Source of the DNA: Callorhinchus milii
Taxonomy: Eukaryota
Length of the DNA stretch: 64,000 nucleotides
Reading direction: 5' to 3'
NCBI RefSeq assembly: GCF_018977255.1
Contig: NW_024704742.1
Coordinates: 74,402,001-74,466,000 of the forward strand
The translations under genes were made by a program, and so were the position numbers. Below, piece by piece: positions 37,791 through 64,000 of the stretch (within the stretch, counting starts at the first letter, position 1; each line of letters starts with the position of its first letter). A model generated the notes under the pieces. The model did not search any database and was not told where the DNA came from. It saw only the letters and a list, made by a program, of their open reading frames with translations.

Positions 37791-38767
37791 TTACAAAAGG
37801 GAACTTTACTCCTATTTAATGAAAAGAGCAAAGTAGCCCTACATGGGCTAAAAATGCAAAACTGATTATGCAATGAAATGCAAAACATTTTTTGTAACCC
37901 CTCTGTTATTTAAAGCTTTATTCCCCATATTGAAGTTGTTTTCTGATGATTTAAGAAAATTTGCTCAGTATATTATTCACCAATGAATTTATTAAGATTA
38001 TTATTAATTTGTTGAAACGATAAACTGATCTAATGTAAGCAAAAACTTGGTGAACTCACCTTGCAGCTAGGCTATTAAGTATAATGTCTTTATTCATTGC
38101 TTCTGTAGCAGTTGGTATGTGAGGATCTATCTACCAATTGCATCAGCAATTAACGTAGGTTTGGTTTAAGAGGGACAAACAAATACAGGGTTTCAATGTT
38201 AAGGTACTTAATTTATTTGGGTTTAATGTATTTGCCAAGTTGAATTATTTACTCAGCAACTCATCTAGGTAGTAATTTATAGGCATTTGTAATCCAAGGT
38301 CCACCCACCCCAGTGCAAGGTGGACTCAATGCTTGAAAATATAGCTGCTCAATGGCCAGGTCATATTTGCACATCTCATGCTGTTGGTACTCACCAGAAG
38401 CCTTTGGGGGTATGCTGGTCCTGGCACCAGGAATGTCTCAGCAAAGATTATCTGTGTAGTTGTAGATGAAGCTGTACAGTAGTGGGTCTGCATTTGCATA
38501 ACATTAGATTTCGAGTTGGTACTCACACTGAGTCCAGAGAGTGTATGCATTCCATAGGTGTGGAAATATTGTCAGTGTGGCACAAGAGTGTTGATAGCCC
38601 TTCGAATCAGAAGGTTGTAGTTTCAAGCCTACATTTAAACATGATGGGTTCCCACATGTATCAGAATCCATCTGACCAAATAAAGAAGGCTGCAGGTTTG
38701 AATCTATTATTGATAAATTGGCTAATCATCGGTTGCAATGCTACATTTGCTCTCTACACCACTTTGT

Positions 38768-39080
38768 GGAGTCCTGTAGCTCAGTGGTTAGAGCACTCGC
38801 TTTGCAACTGAGAGACCTGAGTTCAATTCCAGGCAGGGCGAAACCTTGGGCAAGTTTCCTTACTCCACACGCCTAATAATAATCCCTCCAAAAAAAGACA
38901 ATAATAAATTGGTCATTTTCAATCCATATGACTGTTTGTGGGACATTGCTGTGCGCAATTGGCTGCCGCGTTCGCCCACAAATATACAGTCAATTCACTT
39001 TACAGTGTGTTCTGTGAAGCGCTTTGGGACGTCCTCCCGACGTGAAAAGCGCTATCTTAAATGCAAGGATTATTATTATT
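38768..39080 (+). mobile_element. Deu-domain SINE, full length (short form, young)
   Basis: Intact A box tagctcagtgg, B box gagttcaattcc, Deu body, tail aatgcaaggattattatt. Near identical to 62422-62747. Confidence 0.93.
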
Positions 39081-40454
39081 GGATAGCGAAGGTGAAATCA
39101 GCCAGGGTTCCTGCTCCTGAGTGCTTCCCTCTGGATAATGAAGGCAGGGTACCTTCTGTGCCCTTCAATAATGTGGGGCAATGCTTGCTAACACAAAGCT
39201 TGGGTTGGAGCTTGGGTGAGGTACTGCAGTGCAATTGATACTCATGGCAATCAGCAGAAAGAAAAACAGTCAAATGTCTTCAGGAGAGGAGCGGTGGGAG
39301 CGGAGAAAGAAAAAGGCTGGAATGTTGCACGTTGTATCAGTTATAGCTAGAAAATGACACACCCCAAAAGTCACATCTTGCAAGAATCCCTAAATGTCAC
39401 AAACTGCAGATCCTGCTCTGCAGCACTTGATACCCAATACCACAGTAGTTAAGACAGTTTAGTTATGTACACACGTGACATACATAAACTGATCACCATG
39501 CTTAAGCGTGTACAAACCAGACTGAGTTTCACATGCTGATGTCACCTATACATGGAGAGTTTCCTGTGTCTGGAATTGGAATGCACACTCTCTCCCTGGA
39601 CTAACACTGCCTGCTAAAGTCACTGCAATACAGTATTCGGTGCAGCGTACCAAAAGCCAAGGCATGGGGATCTGGAGTTTAAGCAGCTAAGGCCACGTAT
39701 AGGTGATTGAAAGCAGTGTTTGACAAGAGTCCGTCTGCTTGCCCAGCTAGGACCAATCCACGCATTAAGCTTGCAGGGTTAACAGCTAATAGCACTGGTC
39801 TGTCCCTCAACTCCTGTTGATGAGCCAGGCTGGCTAGGCTGTCATCAATAGTGCTGGAGTGTAGCGGACCTACATTGCTCAGGAACCGGACAACTGAGAG
39901 CCCCAGAGAGTTGGCTCATTTCCAACATTACGCTGCCAAGCATTCACCTAGGAGCCAGCTCAGTTCGAAAGAGATCCCAGTTTCTTTCTCCTCCCGCCCC
40001 CCCCCCGTCCCCGGAGGATAGTCACAATTATGCAGCAATAAGTGCTACCATTTATGGGCAGCTGTAATGCTGTAAATTCTGATAGGGCATCGTCAATAGT
40101 AAGTTAAGGTACTCGATCAGATGTTAATGAAGATATTCCACTTCATTATTAAGTCGTTAAATACTGGCCGATGTTAATGAATGTGGCATTTTGTGTTGGT
40201 GCCAGGAAAAAATGGACTACAGAGGTCAAAGGCATTCTCATTTTTGACATTAAAGCATGTGCAAGAATTCATAAAATATAAAGATGCTGTTTTTGTACAG
40301 AATTTTCTCCAAGTAGCAGAAGAAAAATTATTTGAACCAAGTTCACAAAGGAACTTAAAATTCAAGAAAGACAACAGGATTAGTGCAACTGTATTGATGG
40401 CTTCAAAACAACAACAACAATCATAATCAAAGACAATATACAATTGTTTACAAA

Positions 40455-40776
40455 GAGTCCTGTAGCTCAATGGTTAGAGCATTCGCCTCACAAGTGAAAG
40501 ACCTGGGTTTGATTTCCGGCAGGGCGAAACTTTGGGCAAGTTTCCTTACTCCACACGCCTGATCATAATCCTTCAAGAGAAAACAACAATAATAATTTGG
40601 TCACTCAATCCATGATTGTTTGTGGGACACTGTTGTGCGCAATTGGCTGCCGCGTTTCGCCCACAAAAAATAGAGTTGATTCACTTTATAATATATTCTG
40701 TGAAGCGCTTTGAGACGTTTAGAAGACGTGAAAAGCGCTATATCAAATGCAACGATTATTATTATTATTATTATTA
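40455..40776 (+). mobile_element. Deu-domain SINE, full length
   Basis: Head gagtcctgtagctcaatggttagagc through an (att)n tail. Confidence 0.92.
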
Positions 40777-42879
40777 AGTTGTTGTTTCTTACCTAAGAAT
40801 AAATTTGTATCATTGTAGAGGCTAGCAATTACCCAAACACATAATAATGTTATTTTGCAAAACATGTGAGTTGGGTAGTGCACTAGACAGAGCCTGCTAG
40901 TTCTCTGGCCAGTCTGCTCACTTCGATGGTATGAAACCAGCCATCCTTTTCCATTGATCATTGGCTCTTGATCCAGAGTATTAACATGGGGAATATCCTT
41001 ACATTAGTTGATCATTCTAGTGGTTGATTATTCCAGTGGTTAACCATTCCAATGGTTGATCATTCAAGTGTTGGGGGCTTCCAATGACATATTGTTCCAG
41101 TGATCAATCTTCCAATGAAGAAAACTCAAAGACATGATAAGGCGCTATATCAATTGCAAGGAATAATATTATTATGGCATCTGGATTTTGGAACATGCAG
41201 ATGTGATGTAGGTTCCTTGGATTTTCCTCATGCTGAGACTTCCCTCAATTGCTGTTTTTTGATTGTTAGAGATAAAACATTTACTAACTTGTTAAACCTT
41301 TCATCAGAACATATGAATGACATTAACTGCACCAAAGAAGATTTGTAACGCCTGAACTGCTATTCATCTTGTAACTGTTAAAAAGATTACCATTTGGAAA
41401 ATCGGCCTTTGAATATCTACAAAGGGCAAGATAATCTGGTAGAAAATGGGCAAGGAAAGGATTATGGTTTTGGTCATCTGGATGTCTTAATCATGGGAAA
41501 ACCCATTGCAAATCAGAGTTCTACATATGTATGCCACCTACGCATGGACACTTCTCTGTATTTGGAATGGAAAGCATGCATTCTCCCTGAAGGTTTGCAC
41601 TCTAGTTACCGAATTGCAGAGTATTAGGTGCAAGTTGGCAAAAGCCAAGCTTTTTCCAAAGTATGTGTCATTATACTGCTGGAGTTTAACTAACTAAAAC
41701 CACACAGCTTGCCATTGATTCCATTCCAACATTCTGTTAACAAGCATATTACTTTGGAGCCAACTCATCAGAGAAGTTAACTTGCTGGAAAGTAGAGGAA
41801 TCTGTCAGCTTTCATTTGGGACAACAAGCTGTGCTTGTGGAATCTGCAGCTAATTTGTGTAGAGAGACACCCGCAGGAGCTACCCCCTGAGGTGGTGTAA
41901 TGTAAACTGGTGTGAATTCTAAATTTACAATCAGTCAGATTTCTGGGTAAAAGCAGCTATTGTTTGGAGTGCAGTAGAGTAGAAGTATTCCAACTTTAAG
42001 AGCTTTAATTTCCAATGCTACCAGCTCAAATGCCGAAAGAAACTGAGTGTTAATTCAAGAAAGAAGATATCCCCCAAAAATAGAACATCTGGTAAACTGT
42101 AGTTGTAATATGGATAACTCAGATCAGGATTTAATTCCATGAATATATGTACATATGTTATGGTTAGAATTACAGAACTATTATTTAGTTACTTAGAATC
42201 AGATTAAATATTAATGTTGTAAATAGTCTAAACTGAACAGTACCTGTTTTTGTAGAACCATTGCAGTTGGGGGGAGGGAGGAGGAAGGTAGTGAAGTACA
42301 ATGGAGATAACACAGCTTTAAGAGAAGCAGTCAGGCCCTCTGTTCAGCTCTACTTTATTATTATTATTACTTTTCCTGCCTAGCTGCATACCTGTGTCAA
42401 TTCTTTAGTAGCATTGTGTGACTGCTCATGGGTTTAAGGAGTGGACAGAAGCTGGTAGACTTGCTTTCTTGATCTGAGAGTCCACCATATATTTAAGTTA
42501 ATGAACACCTCTGTATCCACCACAAACCTGCTGAATATATTGCACTCTTAGACCACAAGGGCAAATGGGGATGTAATTTGAGGATATGGTCTGGTTCAGT
42601 CTGTCAGGTAGTTGCTCAGTAAATATGTTTGCAGATGATTGACCCGATTCAAGTTCCTTGAGGGCACATCCCATTTGGTTTCCTCTTGACTGCTAATATC
42701 TAACTCACTAACCTGTAGTTTATGATACAGTGCATGTTGCTTAGTTACTGATACTCCAACGTTGCTACGGCATTTCCATCTTGTTTCATTAGCTCTTGTT
42801 CTCCACCTAGAATAAAAACAACATAAACAATTTTTATTCATATAGAATAATGTCTTGGAGCATTTTACAGGGTGGGGAT

Positions 42880-43225
42880 GGTCGTCGAGCACAGGGGAGG
42901 GGGAAGTGCGAGGCGACTATCGGCATAGTTGGCGAGATAAGTTCCAGAGGTTATAAAGAATTGTAAACCCCAGCCACCAAAAGAGATGCAGAGAGGGCAG
43001 GGAATGAGCAGCAAGCATGAGTTAGTCAAATAAAAGATGTGAGAGGAGGAGAGCGGTAGGAGGAGATCAGAGAGATGTGGTGATGCAAGGACATGAAGTG
43101 ATTTGTAGGTGAGGATGAGGATCTTGAAATCAATCAGTTGGAGCCAGGGAAGCAGTGGAGCCTGACAAGGACTGGGTGATAGACAAGTGGAGTTTGGTGT
43201 GAGTGAGGACATGGGTGGCCAAACA
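42880..43225 (-). mobile_element. Old L2 fragment
   Basis: PWLQLIDFKILILTYKSLHVLAS peptide typical of the L2 ORF2 C-terminus. Confidence 0.75.
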
Positions 43226-45783
43226 TTAAAGATCCAATGAAACTATTCCAAAAACGAAGTGAGTGTCTCCAGGAGGGTGGTCAGATAAAATCGGTCATTC
43301 ACTTCATGACTGTTTGTGGGATATTGCTGTGTGCAAGTTGGCTGCCATGTTTGCCCTCGAATAGACAGTCACGCGCCCCCCACCCCCAACCCCAGGCTCA
43401 GAGTCAGGCTCCACCACCGTTAAGCACTCTAAGATTCTACCCTGCATAGAGGGTGCTATACCAGTGCAAGTTGTGTGTAAGCTTGGCTCAGTGGGAGCAC
43501 GCTGGGTCAGAAGGTGTGGGTTCAAGCTCCATGTTGAGATTTGAACTCATATAGTCTAAGCTGACAGTCCAATGCAGTGCTGGGGGTGTGCTGCATTGTT
43601 GAAGGTGTCCTTTGGATGCGACATTAATCTGAGGTCCCATCGGCCTGTTCAGTGGCAGTGGGTGCAATAACTACACTTGAGTGCCCAAAGACTATTGAGA
43701 GTAAAACAAATCAGCCAGGATGAACACTCCTGATCCCTATGTAGTGATATCTGCTGGAAAGTGAGTACTTGGGGTGAAATAGCTGGTACCCTTACAATCA
43801 TAATCCTAGATGAAGAGAAGAGGAAATAAAGTTAACCAAAACAAATGCTGGTTTAAAGCAGGGGATAAGTATAAACACCTGAAGTCATACATTACAGTTT
43901 GGTCAATTTGGATGCCTGAGAGATTCGCTCTCCGTAAGTAAACATGGCAAAGTTTGATTTACAACACATAGTCATGCTTCCCACAACAAAGCCACCTTTT
44001 GTATTGGCCTGTACATAAACTGCTCGGAATGTGCTGATGTACTTTGGGTTTCAAGGTATCAGTGGCTGTAATTTCATCAGTGTGTCAAAACATTTGTAAC
44101 AATAATGCAGGACCTCATTCTCCATGGCCTTTGTGATTGACTGGCTGATTAGGGTCTGAAGCAGAATAGATATCATGTTAATGTTCCCGGTAAATAAAGA
44201 GTCCTGCTGGCAACCGCCTTTTGAAGAGCCAATGATAAGCTTGTGGGAAAATGTCATATTGTAGGTTTTTCGGCTTTTATGATGACGACTAATCTGGTAT
44301 ACTTTTGGTCATTCTGAAACTTAACAAAGTATCCTAACCAGACTGAGAGTCACACATATGTATGGTTTCCGTTTGTCTAGAAAAGAATGTGCACTCTTTT
44401 CCTGGAGGGATGCACCTGACTAATTTAATCTCGGAGAGTATTAGGAATATGTTGGCAAAAGCCAAGGCTTGGGACCCCAAAGTGTGTATTGGGGTTCTGC
44501 TGGAGTCTAACATGTTAAAAACCTGCAGTTTGCCAATGTGAACATTGTCGCACTGCTTGTCCAGCTAGGACCACCATACTGTTCGGGCTTTGGCTCACAG
44601 GATTAACAGGAGCCAAGTAGGAAGACTCTCTGCCTTCTATTCCTGCAAGTCAAGATGATATGGCAAGCTGGTTGGGTCATCATCAACATTACCTTGGAGT
44701 ACTGGGCACGCCTGGCTCAGGCGCCAGATCACCAGAGAAGATTGATTTGATTGGATATTCTACTACCACGCATGTCACCGTAGAACTAAAAGCCCAAAAG
44801 ACACCCCGCTGACCTTCCTCCTCCTTCCTGGAGGATAGACCAAACAAATTGTGACCACACTGTTCAGACGTGTGTTCATATGGACTAGTCTGGCTCACTC
44901 ATTGTTGTCTGTGGCTTGACTTTGGCTGTTTTGTATTCCTTAGTTACTGATAGATTTACATAAAACCTTTCTTTTTTTGTTACAGTAAAGGTTATAGAAA
45001 AATGAAAATAAAAACTAGATGAGAATAGTTTTTTGAAGAATGAACTCTAACTCACAGGAACAAGAAGGAAAACTGCAGACGCTGTAAGTTTGAGATAAAC
45101 TAGAAAATATTGGAACAGGAATCTTCTGGGTGTGACGCTCGTTCAAAATGTCAGTGGGTCTTCCTATTTTGAACATGTAAATTCTGGCTGTTCACTCTCT
45201 CAGCCCTGCTCTGCTCGGGTTACTCTTCTTGAGAAAATGTGCTATAAGAATAGTTGGGAGTCATTCATCACCAAAGTATATTGAATTGAAAAAGGGCTCA
45301 AAGGGGAAAACTGCAACATTTGCCCTGGAGACAGAGCGAAGGGGTGAGTTTGTAATCGTTAGATATTGCATGGCTATGGAGGTAGCGGATTTGATAGGCT
45401 GAATAGCTTTTCTCGTTCATGCTTTCTTTAGCACACTCTCCTCTGAGTCAGAAGGCATCTCTCCACATCAGGACTTGGAATTCACAGTCTGGGTTGACCT
45501 TCTAGTGCAACAGGGGAGCATTACATTGTTGTCTTTTGGATGAGACATTAAATTGAAGTGCTGTCTGCCTGTTCAAGTGGATGTTAAAGATCCCACCCAA
45601 ATTGGTTGTTCATGGCTGTTTGCAGTACTTGGCTGTATGCAAATTTGCTGCTACATTTGCGTATAAAAACAGTCACTACACTTGACAGTAAGTGCTTTGA
45701 GACAATTCGACTTGAGAAGGTGCAATAAAATGCAAGTTATTTCTTGCTTTAATGTTGTGTATTTTCTTACAGTTCATAGGTAG

Positions 45784-60397
<14,614 letters not shown>

Positions 60398-61009
60398 GTG
60401 AGATATGAAACAAAGAAATCAAATTAGAGGGAATCAGTGGAAGCAGCAAAACTTTTACAAAGTGAGCTTGATAGGATACACACATGGGCTGATAACCGGC
60501 AAATTAAGTTTAATACAATAATAAGGTACTAAAGGAACTAAGAATAGGAAACACAAATCCTCCATGATGGGACAGAACTTGCCAAAGGGGAAGCTGAAAG
60601 AAATCTAGAGGTGTTAATTGACTCAACCCCAGCACCGATAGAAAGTTGGTGAAACATTTGCCAAAAATTGCTGGGAAATTTGCCAAATTTTGAGGAAAAT
60701 TATGGGGAGTTGATTGCTGCTATTGAGAGGTATATTTTACTGCCAACCTATATTTTTTCACTTTATTGATGAGGAATAAACATGAAGAAAAAACACACAT
60801 TAATAAACAATCAATGCTTTCTTTAACAAACCTTGGTGGCCTACTTGGGGGAGGGGTGGGGAGAACTTCAGCACAGGCCTGAAGGGTGAATGTTCTGTTC
60901 CCATTCCACACTACGTTTGAATGCCCGGAGATCTACCAAACATCAGCCAGTGTCCTGACTGCGGGGTTCCAGGAGGTCACTACCTCCTGCCTCTTGGGGC
61001 TGCCACCGC

Positions 61010-61450
61010 GCACACTCACAGGCAGAGAGACACACACACTCACAGAGAGAGAGACATACACACACCCACAGAGAGAGAGAGACACAATCACAGATACACA
61101 CTCACAGACGCAGAGAGATGGGCACTCACAGATATAGATGCAGAGAGAGACACACACTCACAATTACAGACACAGAAACTCACAGTCACAGAGAGAGACA
61201 CACACTCACAATCACAGACACAGAGAGACTCACAGTTACAGACAGAGACACACACTCACAATCACAGACAGAGACACACTCACAGTCACAGACACAAGAG
61301 AGAAACACACTCACAGTCACAGACACAAAGAAACTCACAGTCACAAATGCAGAGAGTCACATAATCACAGTCACAGAGAGAGACATACACACACAGACAC
61401 AGAGAGACACAGACACAGAGAGACACACTCACAAATAAACAGAAGAGAGT
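61010..61450. repeat. CA/GA-rich low-complexity satellite
   Basis: Degenerate acagagagagacacacactcacaatc-type units. Confidence 0.9.
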
Positions 61451-61859
61451 GACAGGCATGGATAATCACAACAGCAGGGTCTTGGAGTGAGTGAAGGCCA
61501 TTTTCCGCATACGCATCAGGACTCACTCCACCCACAGTAGCAGCGTCGAGTAAACAGCTGGCAGTAGCGTGCAGAGGCCTGGCGCCCTGAGCTTGCTGTG
61601 TTTTTACAGGGGTGTAAAGGAGGGGGTTGTTCGTAGTGTGAAAAAAAATGGCCGCACTTTTCTATTGGCCCAACTCATCGCTCACAAACAATGTGAGGCA
61701 GCAAAAGATTCCTAAATACACAGCTCAGGAACAGGCCATTCGGCCCCTCCAGTCTGGCTGGTGTTTGTTCTCCCATATCCTTCAACTTTATTCCCTCTTA
61801 ATCATATGTGCAGTCACTTTTGAATTTGAACAAGGCAAACATGATGCTGGGCTACATTA

Positions 61860-62415
61860 CTAAATCAGTTGAGTTCAGATCCCCAGATGTCATACTCAGG
61901 TGGTGCAGGGCTTTGGTCAGGCCCCACGCTGAATACTGCAGACAGTTCTGGTCACCGTGGCATAAGGGACTGCTCAGGCCATAGAGGCAATAAAGAGAGC
62001 AAAGGGGATGATTACCCATGTTAGAGGAGTGAGCAATGAGCAACTATTTGACAATCTGGGGCTCTTGAGTCTTGAGAGAAGATGACCAAGAGGGGAAGTC
62101 ATTAGAGGTGTATAGCATGTTTAGTGGGATTGAAAAATTAAACCCAGGTCAATACTCTAGGATGCACCAGGGTAGTAGAACAAGAGGACATAGGTTTAGA
62201 GTTGCAAAAAGCAAATTCAGAACAGATACCAGACAGTTTTTCTTTACTCGGAGGATAATCAATGAGTGAAACAGGTTGTCAGGAAGAATGGTTGAGGCCA
62301 AGACACTGGACTCATTTAAAAAAACAGCTGTAAGTTGTGACGGAAGGAAGGTAGGTATTCTAGAGGCATGAGATAAAATGGGCTGGTGCACCTTCTTCAT
62401 CTGAACTAATCTAAA
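61860..62415 (+). mobile_element. Old CR1 3' fragment
   Basis: SRTRGHRFRVAKSKFRTDTRQFFFTRRIINE, typical of the CR1 ORF2 C-terminus. Confidence 0.8.
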
Positions 62416-62421
62416 CTAATC

Positions 62422-62747
62422 GGAGTCCTGTAGCTCAGTGGTTAGAGCACTCGCTTTGCAAGCGAGAGACCTGAGTTCAATTCCAGGCAGAGGGCGAAAC
62501 CTTGGGCAAGTTTCCTTACTCCACTCGCCTAATAATAATCCCTCCAAAACAAAAAACAATAATAAATTGGTCATTTTCAATCTACGACTGTTTGTGGGAC
62601 ATTGCTGTGCGCAATTGGCTGCCGCGTTTGCCCACAAATATACAGTCAATTCACTTTACAGTATATTCTGTGAAGCGCTTTGGGACGTCCTCCCGACGTG
62701 AAAAGCGCTATATCAAATGCAAGGATTATTATTATTATTATTATTAT
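62422..62747 (+). mobile_element. Deu-domain SINE, full length, young, with TSD taatc
   Basis: tRNA(Ala,TGC)-like head with A/B boxes, Deu body and (att)n tail. taatc occurs at 62417-62421 and 62747-62751. Confidence 0.94.
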
Positions 62748-64000
62748 AATCTTGTGTGATTTTATGAACAAAACATCTCTGCAGTGATTTGAACTGCTAA
62801 CTCAGTGGAGGAGCTCCATCTGGTGCTGAGTTAGTGAGTTGACCTTGTTCCTCTCCCAGCTCGAGCTTCCAGTCAGCTGTGTGAAAGCACATTCTCCCGA
62901 CAGGAAAGGCGCTATATAAATGTTGTGTTCTCTTATGTCTGAGGTACAAATATCTTTAATATTCTCTGGCTTAAAACCATTTTTCTTAGCATTTTGGAAG
63001 TATTCAATTCAGCCTTAATTTGGAGTGAATTTACAATAGCATCGAAGAAGAACGGTGCCATTGGCTTCCAAATTACAATTAGCAATGTGTTCAGAACTGT
63101 GTACATGCTGTAAACATACAGAGATCAATTTGGTCATCTGGTGCAAGATAATGCCCATGGTTACGGAGCATAAGAAAAGGAGGGCAGAGCGTCCCATGTT
63201 TTCTTTGGGATAGAATTTGTGGTACAAGAAAACTCACAAAAGTCAGGACCATAACATTTAATATAAGTTATACAAAGCATGAGTTACAGGCAAACTTGCA
63301 TAAATTGGATTTTTTATGACTAAAACATAACAGTAAATAAGTACTCATTTTCTGCACTTTCAATGGAGTTTTGGATGTGCGTACTTCAATGCAGCTGATT
63401 ACATGATAAGACAAGTTAAGACTTCCTGCAATGCAACGTTTGAAACAGGCATTGTAAATGGGAGTCGATAAGTGTGGCAGCGACATTACAAGTTAGGAGA
63501 TGATTTGCATAAGATTTAGGATTATTTGGGATTAAGAAGCCCTTACACTTTAACTGTTTATCGATTAATAAAATACAAGTAGTGCAAGCTCGTGCAAAGA
63601 AATCTAAATGTTTTTGGTAGGAAACTGGATGGGACATAAGAGATTATACGATTTATAAAGATAAGACTTATGTGAGTTTTACTGTGTTGTGTTTTTAATG
63701 TTGGTGTAAACCACTAAATGGCAACACACCCTCCAGATAAGTGGATTCTTCTTTTTCACTGCGTGCCCTGCCCCCACCATCCCTCTTATTTTGAAGATGA
63801 TTGAATTGGCCAAAGACCTCTGGCCCAATATATATAAAGTATATATATTTTGACTGAAGACTTTTGCTGTATCCCTGGCAGATCCCTGCGAAAGAAATAA
63901 CCAACAATAAAAGGAACATAGAGATTGATATAGGGCATAAAGTTTACAAAATGTCATTCATCCAGGGAGATTTAAACAAATGATAGTCACTTATCTGGAG

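Noticed and set aside
60921..61452. Thr/His/Gln/Arg-rich ORFs as a CDKL2 C-terminal exon
   Set aside because: They are translations of a CA/GA low-complexity repeat, open in several frames, with no CDKL2 similarity.
62422..62492. tRNA-Ala(TGC) gene (also at 38768, 40455, 9085, 2156)
   Set aside because: D and anticodon arms are present but there is no acceptor stem, and each continues into a SINE body and tail, so these are SINE heads.
62792..62840. Hairpin ctaactcag...ctgagttag as an ncRNA
   Set aside because: Short imperfect stem within what looks like a decayed SINE fragment ending in an L2-type tail at ~62920.

Overview
Eukaryotic, repeat-rich vertebrate genomic DNA. The CR1/L2 LINEs, Deu-domain tRNA-derived SINEs and Penelope-type termini point to a cartilaginous fish (inference). 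It holds a complete G3BP2 gene on + (CpG-island promoter ~6.6-7.7 kb, non-coding exon 1, 11 coding exons 9635-22585 splicing to 1446 nt = 481 aa + stop, ~2.6 kb 3'UTR). Downstream in the same orientation is the 5' part of CDKL2 (GC-rich promoter ~33.8-34.4 kb, six kinase-domain coding exons 45784-60397; the gene continues past the window). This tandem order matches my recollection of the human locus. The rest is LINE/SINE fragments, often nested, plus mini/microsatellites. Most notable: three Penelope-like termini whose consensus rebuilds a minimal hammerhead ribozyme, a ~450 bp direct duplication bracketing two CDKL2 exons, a four-copy ancient unclassified repeat, inverted SINE pairs around G3BP2 exons and a candidate poison exon. 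I see no convincing wholly new biological system. Repeat boundaries are approximate and were read by eye.
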